Shown here one piece after another: positions 26,775 to 44,639 of a stretch of DNA of 61,081 nucleotides. A program made the translations under genes and the position numbers. The stretch spans positions 6,374-67,454 of the forward strand of contig MU271243.1 in NCBI GenBank assembly GCA_021432655.1, in the 5' to 3' direction. Under the pieces are notes generated by a model. It made no database searches and was not told the DNA's origin. It was given only the letters and a program-made list of their open reading frames with translations. Within the stretch, counting starts at the first letter, position 1; each line of letters starts with the position of its first letter. Source of the DNA: Atractiella rhizophila. Taxonomy: Eukaryota.

Positions 26775-29700
26775 ATGGACCATCCGAAGCCAGTCACCTA
26801 CGCTCAGCTCGAATCCAACGTCGATCTTTCTGCACCTGAAAACTTGTACGATTCTACATATGACAACCGGTTGCCCCCCGGCGCTGGGCAGGCATACGAC
26901 CGCAGAGATTCAACCTACAGCAAAGATTGGGCGAGCCAGAAGAGCCCGGGATTGCTGCTCCCTACCCTCTCGAAGGAGGCAAGCGCCCAGAAAGATTTCA
27001 CTGACGACTCAGTCAAGCCAGGTGGTGCGTCAACTTTAGCAGCATTCCACAGGGAAGCCGCTGATCTCATGCAGCTCTCGTCGAGGAAACACAAACTTCT
27101 GGAGCGCGAAGATTATGGCTGGTCATCGTCTGGGGATTCACCTGGTGGATTCCTTCCTGGGCTCTGACGCATCTGGGAAGGATGAAGCGGCCAGACGTCA
27201 GACTGGCCTGGAGGGAAAAATTGACGCTTTGCAGTGAGCTACCGCTTTAGTTTCATTATACTGGTACAGGGTTAAAGCGGTGTATAGTCCTCATAGCACT
27301 GCTGTGCGCTGCCAATATTTTCGTCATTGTCGTATTGGGCAGGCTATTATGTGCGCTCTGTTTATCCTTTCAGCCAACTTTCTTAACTTTCATCTCCAGG
27401 TCCTAATTTCAACAAAGCCTGGAACGAAAAGGAACTTAGTTATCACCAAGGAGAAAACGATTATTGGGCAGCTATCCATGGCGAAGTATACGGTTGGTAC
27501 CCCTTTGCCAGACTCCCAACTGGGCTCATTGCGGCTTTTCAGACTTTACAAAGTTTTGGAGGCGCGATCACTCAGATATCACCGGTGAACCTGCTTCCCA
27601 GGAAGATATGATTACACTTGCCGGGAAGGTACCGTCTTTGTCAGCGCTGCTTTCCGTGGCTCATCCACATTTAGGATCTCACATCTTACTTCCCCGTCCC
27701 CCTAGCTCTGGGCTGCGAAGGCTTAGTGGATAATAAGAACCTCGCTTTGACGGTGGGCATTTACTTCGAGCGACAGAACTGGTAGGCTAAATGTCCATCT
27801 TTACAGGCCGCCAACTTTACGCCTTTGGTGACAACCGCGATCCACACCTCTGGGGTGCAGCAATCTGTTGCCACGTCTGCTCTCAAAGCGGAGGACTGGT
27901 ACACCGCTACGCTCCTCCCAAAGATCAAGGATTATCACAAGGGTCCCTACGTCTGGTCAACGGGTGCGGTCAAGAAGAGGGCGAATGACTGGGGTCGTCA
28001 ATGGGCTATATATGAAAATGGGGTTTATGGTCTGTTCATCGTCATTTTTTTAGAGTGTCGAGCTAACAGGCATCAGATCTGAGCGATTACTTCAACACGT
28101 TAGACCTGAATCCAGGCGTCGACGAATACAAATTCATTGAGGACAGCATCAGTACTCTCTTTCAGGAACAACCTGGAAGTGACATCACCAAGTCACTCAA
28201 CAACATACCTCTCAACGTTACTGCCAAGTCTGCCAATCTCGCCTGTTTGAAAAACGTGTTCTACGTCGGAGAGAAAGATTTCCGAAAGAGCGCCAGATGT
28301 CAAGCCCAGCCTTACCTCCTGCTCGCTTTCACTGTCGTCATCGCTGCCGCCATTCTCGCCAAATTTTTGGCCGCTTTACAACTTACCAGGAAGAGGATCC
28401 CGGAGTTGAGAGACAAATTTGTGATCTGTCAAGTTCCGTGTTACACCGAAGGAGAGGACAGCTTGAAGAAGACGATTGATTCGCTCGCCACCTTGAAGTA
28501 CGACGATAAGAGAAAACTACTGTTCTTGATCTGCGACGGTATGATCATCGGAAGTGGAAATGATAGGCCGACCCCTCGGATTGTACTCGACATTCTCGGT
28601 GTCGACCCAAAGATTGATCCTGACCCGCTGCTGTTCAAATCTATCGGAGAAGGATCGCGACAATTGAACTACGGAAAGGTCTATTCGGGATTGTACGAAT
28701 GCGAAGGTCATGTTGTGCCTTATATCGTAGTGGTGAAGACTGGCAAGCCGTCCGAACGGTCTCGACCGGGAAACAGAGGGAAGCGAGATTCTCAAATCCT
28801 GTTAATGAGATTCCTCAACAGGGTTCACTTCGATTCGGAAATGGCCCCGCTCGAATTAGAAATTTACCATCAAATTCAGAATGTCATTGGAGTCGACCCA
28901 AAGCTTTACGAGTTCATCTTGATGATCGACGCTGATACCGAGGTTATGCCCGATAGCTTGAACAGACTGGTTGCTTGCGCTGCCGATGATTCGAGGATTA
29001 TTGGTATCTGTGGCGAGACGAAACTGTCCAACGAACAGACAACTTGGTGGACCATGATCCAAGGTAAGTGGTCCCAAGGTCTTCTTGAGTCGCCATCTCA
29101 CTGTCTCACAGTCTACGAGTATTACATCTCTCATCACCTCGCGAAAGCCTTCGAATCTCTGTTTGGTTCTGTTACCTGTCTTCCTGGTTGCTTCTGCATG
29201 TATAGGATCAGATCTGTTGACAAGGTAGTGTTCATGAAACCACGGAGAACGTATCCTCACAAGTGGTTCAGGGACGACCTCTGATCGTGTCTAGTCTGGT
29301 CATCGATGATTATTCCGAATGCAATGTGGATACACTCCACAAGAAAAACTTGCTCAGTTTGGGAGAAGATCGATACCTGACAACTCTAATCCTGAAGCAT
29401 TTCCCAAGTTCGTCTTCTTTGATGTTTTCTATCAAGTAGACTCTGACCTGGGACTCCCAGCTTTCAAGACCAAGTTTACACCTGATGCACTTTCGATGAC
29501 GGCAGCCCCGGAGTCTTGGCGCGTGTTGTTGTCTCAGCGTCGACGATGGATCAATTCGACCGTTCACAACCTTGCCGAACTCGTTTTCCTTGACAACCTG
29601 TGTGGCTTTTGCTGTGAATTTTCAGTTACGATAAGATAGTACATCAGCTTATCTTTTCTAGGTTTCTCGATGCGCTTCGTCGTCTTCATTGACCTGCTTG

Positions 29701-30945
29701 GAACGCTCATTTTGCCTGCCACATTTGTATACCTGGTATGGCTCTCGTGACCTCTATATGCATCACCTCACAGAACGTTAGATTTATCTCATCGTTTCGG
29801 TGTCGACTGGCAATGGTCAAGTCCCTATTTTTTCAATCGTCCTCCTTGCCGCCGTCTACGGTTTACAAGCTGTCATATTCCTTCTCAAAAGACAGTGGCA
29901 GTTCATTGGCTGGCTGGTTGTTTACATCCTCGCCTACCCTATCTACAGCTTTCTTCTTCCGATTTACAGCTTTTGGTCTATGGACGATTTCAGTTGGGGA
30001 AACACGCGTGTTGTGGTTGGTGAAGGCCGCAGCAAGAAGATTCTGATGGATGACGAACCATACGATGACAGCATTATTCCCATGGCTAAATTCTCAGGTA
30101 AGGATGCATCCACTTCCTGAGAGTCAAATGTAACTCCGTGGTCAGATTATCAGAATGCCATGTGGGAACGAGGTTCCCATAGCACGGCAGCGTCAAAACC
30201 TATGGCCAAATCTCAGACACAGTATTCCATGGGTGCCTTTAAGAACGGCAGCGTTGCGTACATGTCCCGTCTATCATTTCGATTATATCTGACGCGCTCA
30301 GCAGTGGTGACTTCTATCGTGACAATACAGCACTCGCCGGCCAACATTCTCGTCAAGGTTCCCACTCTCCTGCTGCTATGGCGCCATTCCCTTCCGCGAT
30401 GTCTATGTCTATGCCTATGCGCACAGCGTCTCCATCCATGACTGGCATGAATATGTTCATGCCTCAACATTCGCACACTCCATCTTTCGCCCCATCGATG
30501 AACGCTATGCCTATGTTCCCCATGGCAGCGCCAACGAACTACGCGCCATCCATGGTGGGGTCTGAACTTGGTGTCCTTGGAATGCAACATCATGATCGAT
30601 CGATGTCCTCTTTCATGGGCCAGCAACAGCAATCGTTCCCTCATTCACGGGCCGGTTCAACTTACTCTTTTGGTGGAGCTGCACCAGTCCAACCGCCTCA
30701 AGTATCGCAGTCAGACAATCCGACTGACGAGGAGTTGCGGTCCGCTATTAAGAGCTATCTGTCGACGCAGGTAAGACCCTCGTCCCTCACCTTTGGTTAT
30801 CTGCTTACGCCTTAACTAGGATTTAATGACGGTGACCAAAAGGACGGCTCGGGATGGCCTCGGGGCCTTGTTCCCCAACGCTGACTTGTCAACACGCAAA
30901 GCTTTCATTAATCAGACGATTGATGACACTTTGCAAGGACGTTGA
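26775..30945 (+). CDS. Chitin synthase (division 2, class V/VII-like, no myosin motor domain; probable cytochrome b5-like region and C-terminal DEK_C)
   Basis: [69 protein letters not shown]-terminus [25 protein letters not shown]. Confidence 0.95.
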
Positions 30946-31194
30946 ACTTATCACATGGACCCCACACACTTGAGTTTTCGTTTTGTCGATGGACCAACGT
31001 CTTGTTTTATAGATTCTGGACGTACGTTACGGACATTTCTTTACGTGCATTCACTCCTTTTATGTTGCCTCCGTCTATATCCCACTTCGTCTCGTCTCAC
31101 AAGAAAGTTCTTTAATTTCAGCAAGTATATGTAAACGCAATCAATAATTTAGTGCACAGTGATTAAATGAACAAGGGGGACTGAATAAACAAGA

Positions 31195-32536
31195 TTAATG
31201 CTTGCGTAGGAAGATGTAGCCTTGAAGTAGCAGAAACGTCAATCCGACAAAATGCGAGTATGCTGGAGACAATTGTGGCAATGCCGTCGTCGATAAGGAA
31301 TGATGTGTCGATTCGTCATGGACGACAAAGTTGGATGAGCTAGGGAACCTGACGACAGTGTCGGATGTATTCTCCGGAAATTTGAGCAACGACTCGTTCT
31401 CCATCATTTCAATGTCCGTCGTACCGCCAAAAAATTCGGTGATGAACACTTTATCCAGTGGCCTTGCATATAAGTCGCTTCGCACACCAGGATTTGAGTG
31501 CAAGTCTGCGGGATTGAAACTTGCAAACTATCCCATCGTTAAGGCCCATGCGGCTACAGCGGCGAAGGAATGCCTACGAATTCAGCCATTGTTCGCTTGC
31601 TGGTTTGATTCTCCTTCTCCAAAAAATTGAGGGCCGCATTCGTGTACCTATCGACAACAGCGACTCCGACATCCCCATCGGCGTGATGCTGTCTTATATT
31701 CAGAAGTGTGCAAGAGTGCCGACAGCTGCTTACTGAATACGCATTTTGTCCTTTTGCTGAGGAGCCAGTCGCCAATATGTTGGGAGAGTAAAATTTGGAG
31801 TACATAGTATTGGCTTGACATGTGTCAATCATGAAGAAGATTTCGTTGTACCTGGACCCATTTATCCTAAGCGGTCATGGCTATCAAAACAAAAACACAC
31901 ACCGTTTTTTGACGTGCATCTGAGCAAATGCATCAGCTAAGTCGTATGCGCTGATTTCCTCCGCGTCTTGGAACTTAAGAAACTCATCCCCACCGTGTCC
32001 AGCCATGTAGACGAATATGTTAGAATTCTCGTCCGTCATCAGCCGCTTTTTTGACGGTGTCGTGTCGTCCACCCTCCCTGAGAGCCATCAGGTTTTCTGC
32101 CACCACTCAGAGTTAGCTCACCAGTCAGAAGCCTGATAAAGTTCTCCACTGATACTTCATTTCCGCGATAATCGACTTCAATGTTTTCTCCGTATAGGTC
32201 GAGGTATTTCGCAGAATCCGCATAGACACTGCCCGTGTATGTGTTGCGCGGATTGCAAGCGACTTCGTCAGGAAGCATGAGGATGATTTGGGAGTCAGGG
32301 ATTCCAAGGCGCTTGACCGTTCGGTACCTGATCATATAAGTAAGCGGTCATTGTTGTCCCTGAGCAAGTAGACAGACATGGCGAGAGTGTTCGACATGTG
32401 CTATGTAGATTGCGGTGTGTATTAGCCAAGTCCCAAGGAGAAGCAAGTTTGGACTGCTTACGCGATAATTGAACCAGAAGCGTGAGGTGCTCACTAGTAC
32501 AGCCCAATTGTTTGTTTGCTGCTTTGCTGGTACCAT
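31195..32536 (-). CDS. GPI8: GPI-anchor transamidase catalytic subunit Gpi8/PIG-K (peptidase C13); 5' end uncertain
   Basis: [77 protein letters not shown] signal-peptide exon may lie further upstream. Confidence 0.95.
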
Positions 32537-32734
32537 TGTAATATTATTTGCTGTTCAGCCTGATCTGGGATGTGGTTGTTCGGAGTAGAGTCACTGGGAA
32601 ATGCGACGTGATCCTAGCGACCACGAAGAAGCAACCAGCCAGCAAAGCAGATTAGCAGAATCCGAGTGCCAATATCGCTACCAGAACATAGAGACCTTCT
32701 GAAGTATTCACTTTAGACTACGTAACGATCGCTC

Positions 32735-35706
<2,972 letters not shown>

Positions 35707-35799
35707 GTGCCAATTCAACCGTGTCGTCACAATGTAATGCTGTCCCTCAACTCTACCAAAACTGAATTTCCTTTTATGTTGCAACATCTGGACAGATGC

Positions 35800-37502
35800 A
35801 TGGGATGGAATGTGCAAAGTACATAGGTCGAGTGCTTGAGGCATTGCTTGCGTGTCAAAGAACACCCAATTTCCCCCAAAATGCTGGCGCCGTGAGCAAA
35901 GCTTCCGTCAGCTCAAATGGTCGAGTCTTTGAAAATCCTGATACTTTGAAATGATTGTGCGTGTCGGATTCAGTTAAGACTCCAATGAAGACGCTACAGA
36001 AAAGGATAAGAGGCAGGACGCTAGACCCAAGTGAGACGCTTACGTCCTGTTGGAACTGGCTGGCACTCCTCGCAATACTTTCATTGCTTGGACTGCCTCA
36101 CCTCCGGATTCTGGATTGAGCAGAAGGGGATAGAAAATTATCTACTTCGGCTGTGAGACACAGTGCAGCTTATGTAACCGGGAAGAAAACTCGCCTTCTC
36201 AACCTTGACGGTTCTTTGAAGGATCTGATATTCTTCTTTATTGAAAAAGCAGGTAGCAATGATGACGCCGACATCTTGGGACACTTCTTGAAGGTGAAGA
36301 ATGAATGACTCGAGATCTGTAGAACTGGTAGTAGCATCGATGGGAAATGGAGATAAGATGCCTACCTGCATTTGCCTTGATTACGAAAGGAAGAGATGGA
36401 AGAGGGTTGTTTTGAAATGCCTGGACAAACAGGCTTTCCAAAAGAAGTGGATCGCAAAAAATCAAAGTATAACCCTTCGACAAGGTAGGGAGAGTGCAGA
36501 GAACGTTGATTATATGCTGATTAGCCACAGGTGTCCCATGATTCTTCACAAAATATACCGGGACATGGTGATCACGAAGGGGCGGTGGGGCAACTGCCAA
36601 CGGGGTGTCCTGTTCTTCTGAATTGACAATGGTCCCGACGGTGGTGGTGGATTGTTGGCGGTTGAGGAAGTCTAGTTTTTCTTCAAGAGCAACAGTCCTC
36701 TCACGTTCACCTTGGAGGCTGAGATAAATCTCTTCAGCTTCTTGCTGGCATTTGGAAAATTCGGCCATGCGATCTAAAAGCTCCATTTCTGTCGCTCGCA
36801 GGCGGCGTTCTAGTTCGGACTTCGCTAGATGATCCTCTTCTAGGCGAGCAATCTCCTTTCTTTGATGCAATACTTCCTCCTCCAACTCCCTCTGCCGTGA
36901 TGCATATCCTCTCAGCCGATCCACTTCTAGTGATAACTCTCGGATGGTTGACTGCAATGTCTGGCGCTCTGTGGTGAGTCGGCCACATTCTTCCCTAGCA
37001 CTCTTAAGATTGATCTGCAAGTCGTCCTTCTCTACGTGATCAATGGATGCCTTCAGTACCAAGAAGTCTACCATCTCCTTGTATGGAAAGGTGGAAGTAG
37101 GTGGGGCTCCCATGTCAAGGACGGAAGTGAGGACTGAGCGGTCTGGATGAGAGCTGGACAGGGGAACGCTGCGATCAGGAGGCGGACTGGACGGGCGCTC
37201 AGCGATCGAGGGGGAAGGACTTGGATGATCAACATCCGTTGAACAGCTCGGCGAGGGTTCCACATCAGTCGTAGTTGGGGGCTGCGTGACTACATCCACA
37301 ACAGCAGTCTCAGGAGTAATGTCCTGGGGTTTTGGTGAATTGACCCTGCCGAACTTCGAGGAAAAGGAGTCGAAACGCTGGCGCAAAGGAGCTGAACCAA
37401 AAACGTGCCTCTGGGAAAGTCATGAGAATATCCTCAGCAGGTGATAATGCTTACACGCAGTCGATTACAAGTCTCTGTAAAACTGTGGTTAAGGGTAGCC
37501 AT
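35800..37502 (-). CDS. Hypothetical coiled-coil protein (3' end approximate)
   Basis: MATLNHSFTETCNRLR splices in frame to the 382-aa ORF 36238-37386, which has a long heptad-rich segment; further short exons follow. Confidence 0.6.
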
Positions 37503-38276
37503 GCTGATCGAAAGAAGACGATGCTGAAGAATGAGAATTGGGAGAAATAGTGCACTCTGCAAGTTATAAAGCAAAGGCTAGAGTCAACATCGTGTGCCCT
37601 GCTTGGTCAAGCTGCATCGAAGGGCGGCCTCACTGATGTTTGGGCGAAATGCCAATGCGACACAACATTGGGGCAACACGCAGAAACTCGCCAAACTCGA
37701 CATGTCCCGAAACAACGGTTGCTTCGGAAATAAACCAGGTGTTGGACCTTGCGCGAAATCTCTTGCAGAGTCCACAAGGAGTCTCAGCACTTGACCAGAA
37801 AGCTGGAATGCATCTGCTCTCTTTTTAGTGGATCGTAGATACTGTAGATTCCAATCACGCCGCGATCCCATAATCGTGAATAAAATGCACTTTGTTTGCA
37901 GCTCGTTATTCGCCCGAAACTGCCAGACTTCAAGCTGGTTATAAATCTTTGTCAACTTGGCAAAAGTTGTATTCCCATCATTCATCACCTGACATCCCCC
38001 AGCTCTCGTTAGTGCTAATGCAAATCTTGGTCCGCGACCTGCGTCCACATTTTTGTACCTCGACAGGAAACGGAATACAAATGATGATACAATGATATCC
38101 AAGATATCGTTCACTGATACCTTTAGTTAATGTGACAGAACGGAGATATTGTTTGGTGTAGAAGGGGCATTTATTTACGATACTGCCAACAGCTCATCAT
38201 CCGAGCTGGTTTATCAAAATATGAGAGGTGCAAAGGTGATGAGATTGTTACAGAGTTCAAAGTAGAACACGCAACA

Positions 38277-38667
38277 TCAACCGGCTGAGCCTTTGGCGTC
38301 TGAGAGAACACCGCGCCGCTCTTGATGACCCCTGAACCGCTCAATCTTCTCTTCCGAGAGTGTACCGCCAGCGTAAACAGTTTGCCTGTCCTCTTCGGAT
38401 AGCTGGGAAACGGGCTAGGTATTAAGTCTGGAGGCTCAACATGGAGAAAACTCACGTCAGCCAATGCAGCCAAACGTTGCTGCCGGCGGTTCCAGTAGAG
38501 GGAAACAAGGTAGTAAGTACTACCGAGGAACAAACCAAACAATCCAGTGACCGCCGTTCTTTATGCAGGACTCAGTAAACGAAATATCCAAGAGAAACCA
38601 TGCACCTGTGGATCTTATCCGCCAAGGGCATATGAGGCTTTTGGGCAAGCCTTGGGCCCCTCTTCAT
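38277..38667 (-). CDS. Small single-TM protein, possibly Cox14-like
   Basis: Three-exon model MKRGPRLAQKPHMPLADKIHR|TAVTGLFGLFLGSTYYLVSLYWNRRQQRLAALAD|LSEEDRQ...SAG* with GT-AG introns. The family assignment is from memory of the motif only. Confidence 0.5.
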
Positions 38668-39250
38668 AGGCCCCAGCCCTCTCGGCGGTAAATCTGGTTT
38701 CGTCCAGTTGTAGGACATGGGAAGGGTGAAGTTCAGGTTGGAGTCTGCATACAGGTCTCATGAGCGGTTTGCACATTAGGATGAGAACACAGGATCAGGA
38801 ATGGGAAAATAAGTCAAATGACAGCATTTTGGTGAGGTTTTCATCTGAGCGAAAGCCCGGGACGCGCATTGGTAATGTTTATATATAAAAGGGCACGCAC
38901 AGTTGCTCGCGCTACCTCAAGATTATTGGTAGCGGCGCCCAACATTTATGTGCGCTTTAACTCTCGAATCCGTGCCGTCTCTCAACCAGTTGTGCTGAGC
39001 ATGCAGCAGTGAACATAGGGATAAACTCACAGTACTTCTAGTATTAGGAGGTCGTAAGATACCTAACGCAACAATTTCTGAAGCTTTATGCAGCTCCTCA
39101 AAGCTCCTACCAGGCTGAATGCTCAAATTTGTCTGCTCACCGTTGTGGTTGAGCTAACCAGCGGTCGGAAAAAGAGCACAAAGACAGAATCAACAGAATC
39201 AACAACCTCAATCGAGCTAATCATTACGGGGCTGCTACTCTGGACTGTTA

Positions 39251-42200
39251 ATGACTATGGCCTCACCAATTCACTCGCCCGTCCGAAATGTGCTCCAGCT
39301 CTCGCCTTCCAGCCGCCCTCCCGCGGGTTACACCTCCCGCAGTGTATCCAATCCCATCTACGCCCTCAGCGCAGAAACAGTCAGCAGCGGTAGCTTCTCG
39401 TCCTCAAGCGCGCGCAGGGAGACAACCGGCGGCTTAGGTCCAGGTCGCGGCTTTCGAAGTCGTGAGTCTTCCCCCTGACTCTCGTGGTTGTGACCGTTGT
39501 GACGAGGAACCAGCTCCCTCTGAGTCCTGGGATGACGATTTCCTCTTTCAGAATCCTTCACCAAACCCTTCACCGCCACGGGCGCGTGCCACTACGCAGT
39601 CGTCACGCTCCTCACACATTTCAAAGGAACAAAACTCGTCACTCCTGCCATCTTTCCTGCCGAACGATTCCTCCGGCTCTCTCCCCGCGTTCGAAGAAGA
39701 TGAAGGCACGTCGCTTTCTCCAACCTACGACGAACATTGACCTAGAGATTGAGCAGAGCCGCACTGGGATTCATCGCCCGAAACAAGTGATGTCGACGTG
39801 ACCGCAACCCCTCCGAGCACGAAACTCCTTTCCACGCCGAAACAGCCTCAAAACGACTCTGCAGCAGGAGGCTCAGCTAGCGGCGGTTCGTCCAGAATCC
39901 CAGGCACACACTCACCGGTTTCCAAAGTTACGGATAAATCAACAGCATTCACCACAGAGGCAGCGGGCTTGCATAGTCCATCCCGACAGAATGGAAGCGA
40001 AGCAACTCCTCGAAAAGCCCACGACCTGTTTGGACGACGCGTGGGAGAACGAGAGCTCCCTCAGATTAGGGGAAGAAGTGGGAAAGAACTGATCACTCAA
40101 GGTACACACGAACTGAACACCACTGCAAGTGGGAGCAAGAAGAGTAGCTCTGGGACTGACGATATCATTGATTGGGAAGCTGCTTTTGAAGCACAGGAAC
40201 GAGCCGAACGGGAAGTCGAGGCTTCGTCGGTTTTCGAAGTCGCGTCAGACGGTAAGCGAGAAGCGCTTACATCCCAGAGTTCCATCAGTATTCCTCTCAG
40301 CCAGGTGGGGGATGATCGCACGGACGAAGAGGGAAAGCCCCGAAGAAGGAAACTGAGGAAAAAGACACGCCCTCCACCAACTAGAAGCAGCGGACCGTGG
40401 AAGTCTTCGACATCACTAGTTCTCAGTGAGGACGATGAGGATCCCTCATACACCCTCCTTGATGAAGTCACAAGTTCAACCAGTCGTTCCAGCGTCGGTG
40501 GTTCGTTGTCCGGAACACATATGGCATTTGCTGAGGACAGTGGGGACGAAGGGGTACGACGCCGAAGAAAAGAACCCACACCTCCCCCTGCTGGACTTCT
40601 GAGCGGGAAGCGCAATGTATCTCGGTCGAGTCTAGCCGCAATTCAAGAACATCCACCAGCCGCCGCCCGCCCAGGGTTCAACCGAGACGTTACTCCCCCG
40701 CCAAGTGCCCAGAGTGAACATGCGCTGCGAAGGCTGTCTGCCAGTGCCGGCAAATCACCGGGTAGCTCCCGTCGAAATTTCACCGGAGTTTTCTCTGACA
40801 TGCTCCATCGTTCGAGCTCTTCACGCAAAACAGATCAGTCACCTTCCAATTTCGTTGGGAGTTCACGAGTCGTACCTTCCGCTTTCCCCTTCCAACCGCA
40901 GCGTAAATTGCACAGACACTCCTCTTCTGCCAGTGACATCCCACCATACTCTACTCCCTCCGTCCTTCCTGCTGTGACTACCTCCGCGAGCTCTTCTTCA
41001 TTTTTTTCCAGAGCAAAAGTTTTGTCGAAGTCGTCCTGGGAGAAGTTCGGAAATGCACCCTCAGTTCCATCCCCTCCTCTTTCTCCAACAACATCTGCGA
41101 CTTCAGATATTTTGACCCCACGTCCATCTGTCAAGCGTACAAACTCTCTCGGCCGTGCGGCGCGTGCCTTAGTTGGTGTCCCTCGACCTATTTCTATTGT
41201 TTCCTACATCTCTGAATCTGCGACGATACGCGCGACATCGCCTGGGGGACCCAACGCCGCTCCTACTAACCAATCCACTGTCACTACATCAACTCGAGTC
41301 CCTGATCAGAAACGGCGCCAAATGCAGCATGCTCCTTCACTATCCTTGGATATGAAACCAGGTACTGCACGGTCCATACCATCCCCCACCAACCAATCGC
41401 GCCCGCAAACCGCAATCCCGTTCGGTCAGGTGGATGACGAAACTGTCGAACGAGAACTCAATCGCAGACATTCGCACACCCCGTCAGCAGCCAATGGCGG
41501 CGAGTTGAGAATCCCCAAACACATCACAAGCAAATCAGTCCGGCTCGAGGAGGACTTAGCAAATCTAGCCGCTTATCAGACTGGTGTTCGAGGTCTGTTC
41601 CCATTTCGTCTTGTCGATCTGACTGACCCTTCCCTCAGACCTCATCTACCTACGTGGGTTATACGACGAGCTGATTGCGGACCAACTTGCATCCACCACC
41701 GGAGTAACCGGTTCGTTGGCCAAGGGTAAACGTAGTTTACAGATGCTACAGAAACTAGACTACGATAAATGGTTTGAGGAGGCAGAGGTCTTAATCGAAC
41801 TGGGGGATGGCAACAAAGCCTCGCATCGCGAAAGAACCACTTCTTTACTCCCCGACCCGGATGAACCCGTAGGCGTTTCTGATAGACAAGCTCAGAACCA
41901 TTCGACTGTAGACTTGAACCAGGAAGGCGGGAAAGAGCGCAAACGTGATATACTCGAAAATATTCTATCCCCCCGAAAAGGATCTGATATGGAAGCCACA
42001 AGTCGTCCTTGTACACCTACAAATCCGCGGCCGTTCCCTCTTCAGGCTAAACCCTCACTCTCAACAATATCGTCCGTTCCGTCCCCGTCCCGAGTGGGAG
42101 ATTCTCCATCGAGAAGCAAACTTCGTCGTGTCAGCAGAGCAGGTATATTTGGAATTCAGCAGTTCCTAAAAACACTCAAGCTTCGAGCGAACGAGGAAAA

Positions 42201-42573
42201 TGAAAGTTTCCCAGAGACGTATGGGCGAGAAGATTCCCTTCATGCACCGTATCTCAGCGATCCCTCCTGTCAACCTCGCAAGAGCTTGTCAAACCCTCCT
42301 AGCACACCACGGGGGTCACATTCTGATGTGGATTTAGGGGAAGAATGGGATATTGTCGGGACCAGAACTGGGGCTAGCATAACGACGAGTCAACGGCACC
42401 GCACGCAATCCAGCCAGACCATTTCTCGAAGCCAGCAGCCAAAAGGCAAATTTAACATTAATACTAGTCACTTACCTGGTTTGACAAATCGAGTGTTTGA
42501 AGTAAGAAATATGTGCCAGATCATCATCAATGAGTTGCAAACCAAAAAGGATCAGCAGGCTATCCAACCTTGA
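39251..42573 (+). CDS. Large Ser/Pro-rich hypothetical protein
   Basis: Consecutive ORFs (39251, 39462, 39798, 41716) can be joined by short introns; conserved-looking islands ESWDDDFLF, LRIPKHI...LEEDL and YDKWFEEAEVLIELGDG. Confidence 0.7.
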
Positions 42574-42805
42574 GTCTTTGCTACCACTGTTTCCTGTCGT
42601 GTTTCCTTTTACACTATGGCTTCTACCCTTAGAAGAACATCATAATTGTATACTACTCACAACATTCTCAGAACACATTCTGTACATTCAATGGATCACT
42701 GAGGTGATGTTCTTATGGTTGACTGCAATCATGCCGTGTCGAAATTCTATGAGTGTCCATAAATAATGGGTAGTGTGAATGTACATTTTAGGTGAATCAG
42801 TATCT

Positions 42806-44402
42806 TCAACGTGAGCGTTTAAGAACCTTCCATGTGAGTTCGACGAGGGCATCTCGCGCAGTACTTTGAGGTAGGGTATCCAAAATGCAACCTCTGGCCA
42901 ATGCCGCGTGGTCCTCTGCTAGCTCAAGGGTGCGCTTCGGCCCTGATGAGGCCAAGACCAGTTCTCGAGCCTATTATCGTCTTCAAAATTGCGAAAACAA
43001 TCGGTTAGAATCTCACCTTCTCTACGTCTCCTGGCTTACTAAATTTGCGTTCAACCATGGGTCCCAACTCTGCATATTCTTCCCATGCGAAGAGAACTGG
43101 TGCTGTGGCGAGGCCCAGCTTTAAGTCCGCACCGTCGGACGGCTTTCCCAGGTCGGCTGCTGAAGCAGTGTAATCCAACAAGTCGTCGATCAACTGTGAC
43201 CAATCTGCATCATCATCTTGTCACGAGAGCAACGTAGTCATACCTGAAATGCAATGCCCAAGTTCCTACCAAATGAAAAGGCAGCGTCCTTCACTGATTC
43301 CCCAGCCTCCCAGCCCTGTCGGAGACCGCATCCTCCTAGAACAACGGCAGATCGCGCGGACTTAGCTATCAACGAAGCAGTCTTGAGATATGTCTTTTCC
43401 ATATAGTCGTTAAATGTATCCGCTGTCAAGCCAACTGCAGTTGATCGAATAGGGATCATTGCCGAAAATTTGTCCACCCAGTTCTTTTCTTTGTGTGACT
43501 TCGCTGTATGTCCTTTCATTTGCATTACCTCACCTTCCACCAGATTGGCAATACAGCTCGCAATAAGTTCGACTACTTCATTACTCCCTAATCGACTCAG
43601 TGCCATCGAAGCTCGCGCCAACATGAAATCACCAGCAAGGATAGACAGTTTGTTGCCGAATAGTGAAGGAGACGACGGCAAATCTCTTCTTGTATCTGAC
43701 TGGTCAATGACATCGTCATGGAGTAAGCTCGCCACGTGAATCATTTCTATGATCTCCGCCAGCCGAAGTTGGGTTGGCAGGATAGTCGACGTTAACACTC
43801 CTGGTGTAAAAGTTGGGGGAACGGCTGGCTTGAGAGCAGCACTCGCCAGGGTTTGCACCGCATCCTTTGCGTGCTCAAAGGGATTCTTGCGCCAGAACGG
43901 ATCGGAAGGATTGACATCCGTCAGAACGGAATGTTCGGATAGTGGTGCATCGATCGATGTCTCGCCACGCGTTGCTTGCCGCTGCGACAGAGAGAAAAAG
44001 TGGGGTGACAGACCGTTCGTTGCTTGCGCTATGAGCAGAATTATCAATGGCCTGAAATGCTTCCCCTCCGCTACAAGAGTTTGTGAATGGATACTTAACA
44101 TCAGTGTAGAACACGCAGTGCTTACTCTGAAAGTAATACTTCGCAATGGTGTCCAGTGCAGGATGCCCGCTACCGAGAAGGGTGCGCACATTGGCCCGGA
44201 GTGAACCTAGCTCGTTGGCGACAAGGCTGAAGGGATCCAAAAATGAACTCTCTCCGGCATTCCTCCTCACTGAACTGGGACGATCGTACTTAGTGAGCGG
44301 GTTAAGGTGGTGGAGAGCATTGGACCAAGAGTGCCGCCGACAAATGACCTGAAGCTCTGTAGGTAATGTTTTGACAAGGTTGCGAGAGCGAGCGGATAAC
44401 AT
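42806..44402 (-). CDS. COQ1: Mitochondrial polyprenyl diphosphate synthase Coq1
   Basis: GKHFRP, EMIHVASLLHDDVID (FARM), GNKLSILAGDF, KTYLKTASL, GIAFQ|LIDDLLD (SARM), DLKLGLATAP. Confidence 0.95.
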
Positions 44403-44639
44403 GAAAGCTTGCCACAGGTCAGTTAGGTGAGAATACGCTGGACATGTGCATACAGGACGTGGATTAGGGAAATATGGCCCACCGCTTCGCCTTCACTCGT
44501 TTCGTTTCGCGTCGTGTTATGATGCAATGAACGAATTTGAAATGACAAGATTTGATTTTGAGGCTCAACAACTGCAAAATTGAAATGCAAAAAAGCAAAA
44601 CTCCCGGCAAAGTGCAACCCTTGAGTTCGTCCTCGCCGG

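Noticed and set aside
30378..30700. Met/Ser/Pro-rich low-complexity stretch
   Set aside because: Ordinary disordered linker before the DEK_C domain of the chitin synthase.
37584..38114. 176-aa minus-strand ORF
   Set aside because: Non-ATG start, no recognisable motif and no convincing splice structure; cannot be supported as a gene.
38879..39206. TATATAAAA at about 38882 and the short ACAGAATCA repeat at about 39184
   Set aside because: Too short, and not tied to a known transcription start.
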